A stretch of DNA of 64,000 bases, from IMG/VR virus record IMGVR_UViG_3300033145_000767, positions 1 to 64,000 of that record; one strand, given 5' to 3'. A model generated the notes under the pieces. That model made no database searches. It was given only the letters and a program-made list of their open reading frames with translations, and was not told where the DNA came from. The translations under genes and the position numbers were made by a program. Below, piece by piece: positions 56,627 through 64,000 of the stretch; positions within the stretch are counted from its first letter, which is position 1, and every line of letters begins with the position of its first letter. This DNA is from a virus.

Positions 56627-57222
56627 AAGTTAGAAAAGCAAAAGAAAAAGAAGTAAATCACATCACTTTAGATTATGGGGATAAGGTATATTCAGCTATA
56701 CTAAATAAGTATAGACGCGTATTTATGTATGGTAATATATCTACTACCTCAGCAGAAGAGCTTAACAAAAAATTAATTGCTATGTCTATTGATAGCCCTG
56801 AAAAACCTATTACCATAGAAATAAATAGTGGAGGTGGAAGTTGTATAGCAGGTCTTTCTATAATAGACACAATTGAAAGTCTATCTTGCCCTGTGTACAC
56901 AATAATAACAGGTGTTTCAGCCTCTATGGCAACATTTATTAGCATAGCGGGGGATAGAAGGTTCATCACAAAAAATGCTTATTGGATGGCACACCCTATC
57001 AGCTTAATGAAAGCAGATTATATTGGGTTTTTAAAAGATAGTATGCCTTGGTTGAAGGGGCTAGAAAAAAGATGCTTATCCATGTATTTAAAGAAAACTA
57101 ATCTACCTAAAGAAACCATTGAAAAATGCAAGCGTGGGGAAGTGTGGTTAAATGCAAAGCAATGCATTAAGTATAATGTAGCAGATGAAATTCTTAAAAA
57201 ACAAGTAATAGTAAGGAGATAA
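56587..57222 (+). CDS. clpP: ClpP-like protease
   Basis: INSGGG, G.SASMA (Ser), MAHP (His), WLNA.Q.I.Y..AD. Confidence 0.88.
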   Translation: MVKKKREPIKIPVEVRKAKEKEVNHITLDYGDKVYSAILNKYRRVFMYGNISTTSAEELNKKLIAMSIDSPEKPITIEINSGGGSCIAGLSIIDTIESLSCPVYTIITGVSASMATFISIAGDRRFITKNAYWMAHPISLMKADYIGFLKDSMPWLKGLEKRCLSMYLKKTNLPKETIEKCKRGEVWLNAKQCIKYNVADEILKKQVIVRR

Positions 57223-57224
57223 TA

Positions 57225-57917
57225 ATGCGGACAGCCCTCATAACAGGAAGTTCTAAAGGAATAGGTTACCAAATAGCTAAAGATTTTTTAGCTAAAGGTT
57301 ACTATGTTATTACGAACTCAAGAAAAATGCAGTATGATTTACCTGAAAATCAGCTACATTTATGTGGGGATTTATCTAGCCATAAAGGATGTATGTCTTT
57401 ATGTTCTAAAGTTAAAGACTTAGATACTAAGTTAGATAGCATTGTTCTAAGTGTAGGTGTAACAGATAGAACCCCTTTTGGGAATATTAAATACTCTAAC
57501 TGGGGTAAAGTTATAGATACAAATTTAAACCTACCTTTTTTCCTAGTTCAGCAGTTGAAAGAATGTATCAAACGCAATGGTAGTATAATTTTTATTTCAT
57601 CTGTTCTAGGTAGTCTCCCTAGGTCAAGAAGTATATCCTATGGGGTTTCAAAAGGGGCATTAGAACCTTTAATTAAATACCTAGCTGTAGAGTTTACATA
57701 TAATAATATTACTGTCAATGGTGTAGCTCCAGGGTTTATTAACACAGATTGGCATAAAGGTAAAACAAAAAAAATACTTAATAGTATTAAGTATTCTATA
57801 CCTATGGGTAGATTTGGTAGCACTAAAGAGATTAGCAGTACTGTAATGTTCTTAGCTAATAATAGGTATATTACAGGGCAGATGATTACTGTAGATGGGG
57901 GGTATAGCTTAGCATGA
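57225..57917 (+). CDS. Short-chain dehydrogenase/reductase
   Basis: ITGSSKGIG, YGVSK, VAPG.I.T, ITGQ.I.VDGG. Confidence 0.92.
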   Translation: MRTALITGSSKGIGYQIAKDFLAKGYYVITNSRKMQYDLPENQLHLCGDLSSHKGCMSLCSKVKDLDTKLDSIVLSVGVTDRTPFGNIKYSNWGKVIDTNLNLPFFLVQQLKECIKRNGSIIFISSVLGSLPRSRSISYGVSKGALEPLIKYLAVEFTYNNITVNGVAPGFINTDWHKGKTKKILNSIKYSIPMGRFGSTKEISSTVMFLANNRYITGQMITVDGGYSLA

Positions 57918-58402
57918 TTACCACTAAGGTAATAGAGCCTAAAGTATTAGTTAAGTACCTAAGTAATAAAGTTAGAGATTGGTGTAAAGGGTGTAAAAGG
58001 TATGCACAAAATTTGCCTTGTTGCCCGCCAAGCTTAATGCCTATAAAAAGGTATAAGCGTTTGATTCTATCTTATAAAAACGCAATGCTAATAGCTGTTA
58101 AATTCGATATTGATAGTGAAATACATTGGAAAGTACAGGGCAGAGAATCAAGCAAACTATTAGTATCTATACTAAAGTCTTATGCGAAAGAATTTAAAAA
58201 CCATATAATCTTTGGGGCAGGGTCTTGCAAAAGCTGTGATATTTGTAGTAACCCCTGTAAAAACCTTAAAGGTAAAGTAATAGCAGTAGAAGCTATTGGT
58301 ATCAATGTGGTTAAGTTAATGGCAGAGCAAACAGATATTAAACTATTTTTCCCTGTAGAAAAGAAGGGCTACTTTTATAGAATAGGGTTATTATTATGGT
58401 AA
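57914..58402 (+). CDS. DUF2284-like metal-binding protein
   Basis: C..C..Y....CCPP; GAGSCKSCDIC..PC; EAIGINV. Confidence 0.8.
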   Translation: MITTKVIEPKVLVKYLSNKVRDWCKGCKRYAQNLPCCPPSLMPIKRYKRLILSYKNAMLIAVKFDIDSEIHWKVQGRESSKLLVSILKSYAKEFKNHIIFGAGSCKSCDICSNPCKNLKGKVIAVEAIGINVVKLMAEQTDIKLFFPVEKKGYFYRIGLLLW

Positions 58403-58848
58403 ATGTAACCAATTTATATGTTCCAGGCACTTTTGACCTATTCCATGTAGGGCATATTAGAATGTTTAAGTATGCATCTAAGTTTGGGAATGTAATTGCA
58501 GGGGTCAGTACTGATGAACTAGTACTCTCATATAAGAATTTAGCTCCTATATACCCATTTAAGGAGAGATGGGAGACGGTTGATGCATGTAGATATGTTA
58601 ATAGGGTAATTCCTCAGAGAAAATTTTTTAGTATTCCACAACTAAAGAAATTAAATATATGCTATGTTATACTTGGTAGCGATTGGGAAGGTAAAGACTT
58701 CCCTGAATTAGACCAAGCCCAAAAAGCTTTAGGTTTTGAGATAATATATAAACCTTATACAGAAGAAACAAGTTCATCAAAAATAAAAGAGAGAATTATT
58801 CGTAATAGCTTTGATATTATTAAAGCTCAACTAGAAAGAGACCTATAA
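58396..58848 (+). CDS. TagD-like (glycerol/ribitol-phosphate) cytidylyltransferase
   Basis: GTFDLFHVGH, GVSTDE, GSDW, YT..TSSS.I. Confidence 0.9.
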   Translation: MVNVTNLYVPGTFDLFHVGHIRMFKYASKFGNVIAGVSTDELVLSYKNLAPIYPFKERWETVDACRYVNRVIPQRKFFSIPQLKKLNICYVILGSDWEGKDFPELDQAQKALGFEIIYKPYTEETSSSKIKERIIRNSFDIIKAQLERDL

Positions 58849-60767
58849 TGAGCCACGAAAACTTTAGCTACGATAACTATACACCATACTTAAGAGCTTT
58901 AACCAAAATAATGGCTACCTTTAAAGCTATTAATATTCCTCTTTGTTTGCATGGAGGAACTTTATTGGGTAGTGTAAGAGAAGGCGATTTCATCCAAGAT
59001 GATGATGATATAGATATTTTCTATATTAGTAGAGGGAAAAACAAGTATCAGGTTAAAAAAGAGTTTGAAGAACTAATATTACCTGCTCTAAAGAAAGCAA
59101 GATATGATGTCAAACCAATTTCTTGGACTTTTCATAATGGTAAGAAAGAGATTTTTGGTCAGTACCATGTAACTAAAAATGGCATAACTTTAGATGTATG
59201 GATGGCATGGACTGATGAAAATGATAAATTCTTTTTATCCCCCTATATATCTGGTCAACTAGATAAGAAAGACATTTACCCTCTTAAAAAAGGTAAGATA
59301 AAAAATAACAAGTTTTTAATACCTAATAAGGCAGAAAAGCTTATAGAATTAATATATGGCAGTGAGTGGAAAATACCTAGTAAGTTTAGGGCAAGTTTAA
59401 ATCGTTACTTTGTTAAGAAGAATATGCTAAAAATAATTGATGAATTTGGTTGGGCTTATTACTTTATAGCTAAAGAGCAACAAGTGTATACAGTACACAA
59501 CATATCTTATATTAGGCTAAAAGATTATACTGATAGTATACTAAAAGATATTGACATAGTATACTTTCCATCCCCAGGAATCCAAGCACCAATAGTTACC
59601 AAAGTATGCAAGGGTATAAGAGCTAAGTACCCTAAAATAAAAATAATAGGAGCGTATGCAGGGGAAAATAGATTCATTTATACTGATGTTGACATAATAG
59701 TATCTATATCAGCTAAGTTTGTTCCCGTACTAAGGGATAGATACCCAAATAAGGAAGTTATCTTCTTACCTGAATCAATTGACACAAACTACTTTAAACC
59801 TAATACTAAAAAGGCTAAGGAGTTTACTGTTGGTTACGCAGGAAGAAAAAACCCTTATATAAAGAGAACGCCTTTACTTGAAAAATTAGATTACCCTGTT
59901 GTAAAAAAGATGAATCATGGTAAAGATTTCTTTGTAGAAGGCAGCGACCGTACAGAAATGATAAACTTCTATAATAGTGTCTCATGCTTGGTATTAGTTA
60001 GTAGAACTGAATGTATGCCAAGGGTTATACTAGAGGCTATGGCTTGTGGTAAAGCAGTTGTGTGTACTGATGTAGGTAGTATTAGAATGTTATTAGACCT
60101 TGAATGGGTTGTACCTGTAAACCCAGATGAAGTTGTTATCTCAGAGGTAAATGCTAGATTAAATATATTAAACAAATACCCTAGTGTATTAAAAGCAGTA
60201 GGTAAACGAAATAGAGAATATATACACAAATACTTCTCATGGGAAAAGAATCAACACTTATGGGATTCAGTAGTAGATTATTTATACCTAGAGGACTATA
60301 AAACTATACTAGAGATTGACGACCAGTATTGTGAGTTGTTTAAAGATATTGAACCAGCATTGGTTGAGAAAGATGTTGTATCTGCTTTAACTATAGAAGT
60401 AACTACTAAAGTTATTGAGCCTCCTAAGGTTACTTACCTAGCAGACCCTATAACTTTTAATTCTAAAGGTATTAAAGACCCAATAGCTCTATCTATGGAA
60501 TTAAACTATAGAGGAATAGATTTCTGGTTATTGTCAGATTCATGCCTATCTTTAGTTAATCATAAAGAGTTGAGGGGTAACAAGTTACATATAGGGGTTA
60601 GTAGTAAGGCATTAAAAGACAAGATAAAAGAACTCTATGCACATAAAAATTTATTTATTAAAGTAGAACCTAAACGAAAAGTAAAATCATATGGGGCCTA
60701 CAAAGTTCCTGTGCCAGTAGTTTCTTACCTACATGAGCTTTTTGGTAGCGAATGGGACTCTTTCTAA
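58848..60767 (+). CDS. LicD-family phosphotransferase fused to GT4 glycosyltransferase and a degenerate LicD-like tail
   Basis: GGTLLGSVREGDFI..DDDIDI; SRTECMPRVILEAMACG..VV.TDVG; C-terminal P.P..SYL..LFG.EW. Confidence 0.85.
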   Translation: MSHENFSYDNYTPYLRALTKIMATFKAINIPLCLHGGTLLGSVREGDFIQDDDDIDIFYISRGKNKYQVKKEFEELILPALKKARYDVKPISWTFHNGKKEIFGQYHVTKNGITLDVWMAWTDENDKFFLSPYISGQLDKKDIYPLKKGKIKNNKFLIPNKAEKLIELIYGSEWKIPSKFRASLNRYFVKKNMLKIIDEFGWAYYFIAKEQQVYTVHNISYIRLKDYTDSILKDIDIVYFPSPGIQAPIVTKVCKGIRAKYPKIKIIGAYAGENRFIYTDVDIIVSISAKFVPVLRDRYPNKEVIFLPESIDTNYFKPNTKKAKEFTVGYAGRKNPYIKRTPLLEKLDYPVVKKMNHGKDFFVEGSDRTEMINFYNSVSCLVLVSRTECMPRVILEAMACGKAVVCTDVGSIRMLLDLEWVVPVNPDEVVISEVNARLNILNKYPSVLKAVGKRNREYIHKYFSWEKNQHLWDSVVDYLYLEDYKTILEIDDQYCELFKDIEPALVEKDVVSALTIEVTTKVIEPPKVTYLADPITFNSKGIKDPIALSMELNYRGIDFWLLSDSCLSLVNHKELRGNKLHIGVSSKALKDKIKELYAHKNLFIKVEPKRKVKSYGAYKVPVPVVSYLHELFGSEWDSF

Positions 60768-60941
60768 CAATCTATGGAGGAATACAATGAGTAGTAAAAT
60801 TAAGAGACAGTTTGCATTGATTAAAGAATATCAGCGTAAAGTAGACTTAGCTAGAAACGCATATGATACAGAAGTTGATTATTTAGAAGACCATATTGCC
60901 AAATTGTTAAAAATGGTTAAAAAAGAATTGAGGTAAATCAA

Positions 60942-61142
60942 ATGACAGTTCGTAAACTAAGTTGTGGGTGTGAAGTTTGGAATAGCTACACAAAGAAAGA
61001 GTGTAAAAAGCATAAAGAGATGTGCCATTGGGGTAGTTGTACTAAAGTAGCTATAAAGGATAAGTTCTATTGTGAAGTACACAAAAAGCTACTGGCTGAC
61101 TTCAACTACGAAGGTGAAGGGCATTATAAGGGGGGTGTTTAA
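60942..61142 (+). CDS. Cys/His-rich small protein
   Basis: CGC...CKKH..C...C...YCEVH. Confidence 0.6.
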   Translation: MTVRKLSCGCEVWNSYTKKECKKHKEMCHWGSCTKVAIKDKFYCEVHKKLLADFNYEGEGHYKGGV

Positions 61143-61248
61143 ACCCCTTTACAAGCAGTTTAAGGCATAAATATGCTATATGTAGGGTAACCTATGGGTT
61201 AGTATATAAAAAGACCTTATACATAATAGTTGGTGAGTTATAACAAAT

Positions 61249-61258
61249 ATGGTATACT
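61249..61258 (+). promoter_or_regulatory. Extended -10 promoter
   Basis: ATGGTATACT upstream of GAGG RBS. Confidence 0.45.
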
Positions 61259-62061
61259 TATAATAGAGAGGATATAATATGCAAATAGTATCAATTAATA
61301 CATTAGTTAAAAAGTATAGGTTTAAAATATGTAAATCTATAATGAGAAGTAAGAAAAGAGATGGGGGAGATGTAGGGGCTATAAAGATAATAATACAAGT
61401 ACCTTATAGAATATACAACATTTTTATAGGGGAATTTAACTTATCTAAAACATTTAAAATATAGAAAGGCTACCTATGAGTAAATTAATAGATAAAGCAT
61501 GTGCAGTTACCCTTATAGTATTAATATCACTTGCTTTCTGGTGTGTAGCTATAAAAATAATAATGGAGATTTTCTAATGAGTACATTAAAAGAGTGGGTA
61601 GTTATAATTTTAATAGTGGGGGGTTTAATAGCTTTAGTGTTTGGTCTTGGTGGACATGCTAAAGAATGTGGAATTGATATAATTAAAATACTTATAGATT
61701 CACCTTTAAGTCTTAAAGTAGCATCTGCTGGTCTTTTTTCTTTTGCAATCGGGATGAGTATATTAGATATATAGAGGGAGTAAATATGAACATACTAAAA
61801 GAGTGGTTGATTAGAGTGGCAACTATTGTAGGCATAGTAATGTTTATTCATGTTATGTTCTACTTAGGTGAAATGGCTTATGTAGCAGGGGGGTTATTCG
61901 CACTATGAAAACATTGCATGAATGTGTAAGTAGCTGGTATTGTACTAATTATGTAATTTGCCCTATATGCAAATGTAGAGCAGGGTATGATGTGATGTAT
62001 GATAGTGAAACAAAGAAGGTATTTAAGTGCAAATGTAATAAAGGGTTAAAACAAATAAAGG

Positions 62062-62826
62062 ATGAAAATGCATAAAATAGCTATATGCTTAACTACTTTT
62101 ATGAGAAATGAATTATTAATTGATACTGTAGATAGTATCATTAAGTACTTCCCAGAAAATAGTGTACTATACATAGCAGACCAAGGGAATAAATCACAAG
62201 TTAAAGATAGATACTTTTCTTACCTTACCAGTAAAACTGGTAGGGTTTTTTACTTTAACCTTCCTTATGACTGTGGTTTAAGCTATGCTAGAAATTACCT
62301 TGTTGATGTGGCTAAGCACGCTGGTATAGATTATTGCCTTATTACAGCAGATAGTTTAAGATTTATAAATAAACTTAATCTTGAACCAATAGTAAATGGC
62401 ATGGAAAAGAATGTAGATGCTCTTGTAGGTTTTGAGATAAAAGATAGAATACCTTGGGAGTGGAATATAGAACTAGTCCCTGAAAAACATTTCTGGTTAT
62501 CTAAAATTAGCCCTGATGCTATTATACAGCATGAGGGTTTTATTATTAAGCGAGTAGAGCTATGTAGAAACTTCTTCTTAGCTAAGACAGAGGCTTTACT
62601 AGATGTTAAATGGGACAATGATTTAAAGCTTGCAGAACATGAAGACTTCTTTTATAGGCTTAAGCTGAAGGGGTATAAGTGTATATGGACTAATATAGTG
62701 TCAGCAGAGTATATAGAAGATAAGCCAGAAGAATATAGAAAGATGCGAGATAGAATGTATAACCACTTTCAATACATAATGTTAAAGAAATATAATATTA
62801 AACAATGGATGAAATATGAGATATAG
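62062..62826 (+). CDS. GT2 glycosyltransferase
   Basis: TTFMR, IADQ, GLSYARN, LAEHEDFF. Confidence 0.88.
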   Translation: MKMHKIAICLTTFMRNELLIDTVDSIIKYFPENSVLYIADQGNKSQVKDRYFSYLTSKTGRVFYFNLPYDCGLSYARNYLVDVAKHAGIDYCLITADSLRFINKLNLEPIVNGMEKNVDALVGFEIKDRIPWEWNIELVPEKHFWLSKISPDAIIQHEGFIIKRVELCRNFFLAKTEALLDVKWDNDLKLAEHEDFFYRLKLKGYKCIWTNIVSAEYIEDKPEEYRKMRDRMYNHFQYIMLKKYNIKQWMKYEI

Positions 62827-63475
62827 TATAACTAAGTTTTTAAGACCGTTCACAGGTACAGGTGCAATATTCTTTCCAGTTGGGCATCCCCCATTTGGGA
62901 CGTGTGAAAATGCTACACCTGATTGTTACCATTATTGTTATGCAGTAGATAAGGAAGACTTAAACTTTGATGAAGAATTAAGAATATCTAAAGTGGAAAA
63001 ACGAGCAATATATAATTACTTTGTAACAACCAATAATAAAAAACTTAAATCAAGAATAATTAGAGAGCTAGATGGGCTACAAACACCTATACTGCATTGG
63101 TTTGGTACAGGTGATTGCCTTAATAAAGATTTACCTAAGATTAGTAAACTTATAGATGTTTTAAGAGGGGAAAATGTTATACAAATGGGGTTTACTAGAA
63201 ATAAAAAATTATGGGAACTGCATAAAGATGTATTTGCATTAAGCATTGATTCAAAAAAAGAGGCTACAGACCCTAATGCAATGTATTCCATACCAGATTA
63301 TAAAAAACAAATATCTGTAATGTATTGCCCTTCATATCAAGTTGTAGGAGGTTATTGTGGGGCTCTTACTTGCAGAGATAAAGATAAATCAAGAACTAAT
63401 TTAGAACATTATATAAATTGTAGAACTTGTTTAAGAATGAAAACTGGATGTTTTGATAGGAGGAATAATGTATAA
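62816..63475 (+). CDS. Gp88-like Fe-S/radical-SAM-like protein
   Basis: GTC..AT..C...CY, HWFGTGD, GFTR, C-terminal C..C....GC. Confidence 0.65.
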   Translation: MRYSITKFLRPFTGTGAIFFPVGHPPFGTCENATPDCYHYCYAVDKEDLNFDEELRISKVEKRAIYNYFVTTNNKKLKSRIIRELDGLQTPILHWFGTGDCLNKDLPKISKLIDVLRGENVIQMGFTRNKKLWELHKDVFALSIDSKKEATDPNAMYSIPDYKKQISVMYCPSYQVVGGYCGALTCRDKDKSRTNLEHYINCRTCLRMKTGCFDRRNNV

Positions 63476-63609
63476 AGTAACTGTTTATTTTAAAAATGGG
63501 GCTACAATAGTTAAATATATATCAGGATATAATTATGCTTGTGTTTATTCAACTAATGTATGGAAAGAACTTGATGATGTAATTAAAACAGAATTGAAAG
63601 AGGTTAAAC

Positions 63610-63810
63610 ATGGAAAAATTTAACAGTAAGGTTAAAAAGAAAGTAGTAGAGAAGATTAAATGTGAAGTCTGTGGTAAGTTAAGAAGCTGGGAAGGTATGA
63701 AGTTATTAGATACTTGTGTTTGTTTAGATAATACAACTATTAAGTTTAAAACCAAAAGGCATAGGACAAGGCTTTCTAATATGAAACTTATTCGTAGGAG
63801 AAAAAAATAA
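63610..63810 (+). CDS. Basic Zn-ribbon protein
   Basis: CEVCG...CVC. Confidence 0.5.
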   Translation: MEKFNSKVKKKVVEKIKCEVCGKLRSWEGMKLLDTCVCLDNTTIKFKTKRHRTRLSNMKLIRRRKK

Positions 63811-64000
63811 CAAGTAAGAAAGGTTAAAAAATGAGTAACTCATGTAAAGATTGTATATGTAGAAAAGATAATAAGTGTATGAGATTCCCCCCAAGTATAG
63901 GAGAATTTGGTAATACAGTATCCGGTTACCCTACAATTAGGTATGAAAGAGTAATACCTTATAAACCAACTGAAATTATTTATTGTTATGCATGTTTTGA

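Noticed and set aside
4875-63755. Numerous minus-strand ORFs of 60-150 aa in the rightward region
   Set aside because: Antisense shadows of well-supported plus-strand genes; no RBS or motifs
1-64000. Stop-codon reassignment
   Set aside because: Conserved genes are full length in the standard code; TAA, TAG and TGA all end genes with tight coupling

Overview
A 64-kb segment of a large, AT-rich dsDNA bacteriophage using the standard genetic code with GGAGG/AGGAG-type RBSs. The host is probably an anaerobic, sigma54-containing bacterium. Positions 1-3.9 kb run leftward: a virion/tail-fibre-like gene, a possible terminase small subunit, an HNH gene, a structured ncRNA and sigma28-like late promoters. 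A symmetric control region (3.94-4.24 kb) holds two outward sigma70 promoters and two face-to-face consensus sigma54 sites. Everything else runs rightward. It begins with a boxA plus structured leader and small early genes, then a phiEco32-type peptide-ligase cluster (GGCT, three amidoligases, class II GATase, ATP-grasp), RuvB, a tyrosine recombinase, a phage sigma factor and a clamp with clamp loader. It continues with an SPL-like radical SAM/DUF2284/glycosyltransferase module, a split BT1-type transporter, a DeoC/NDT/DUF5664 nucleotide operon, a T4-RNase-H-like nuclease, SSB, a primase-helicase, resolvases, RecA and a family A DNA polymerase with non-canonical active-site residues. It ends with SbcCD, ClpP and an SDR/DUF2284/cytidylyltransferase/LicD-GT cluster, and about eight homing endonucleases are scattered throughout. 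The best candidate for an undescribed system is a DNA-chemistry system (rewired PolA, dNTP-destruction operon, radical SAM/GT). The paired sigma54 sites and several novel structured RNAs come next. All family calls are from motif recognition by eye; no database searches were run.
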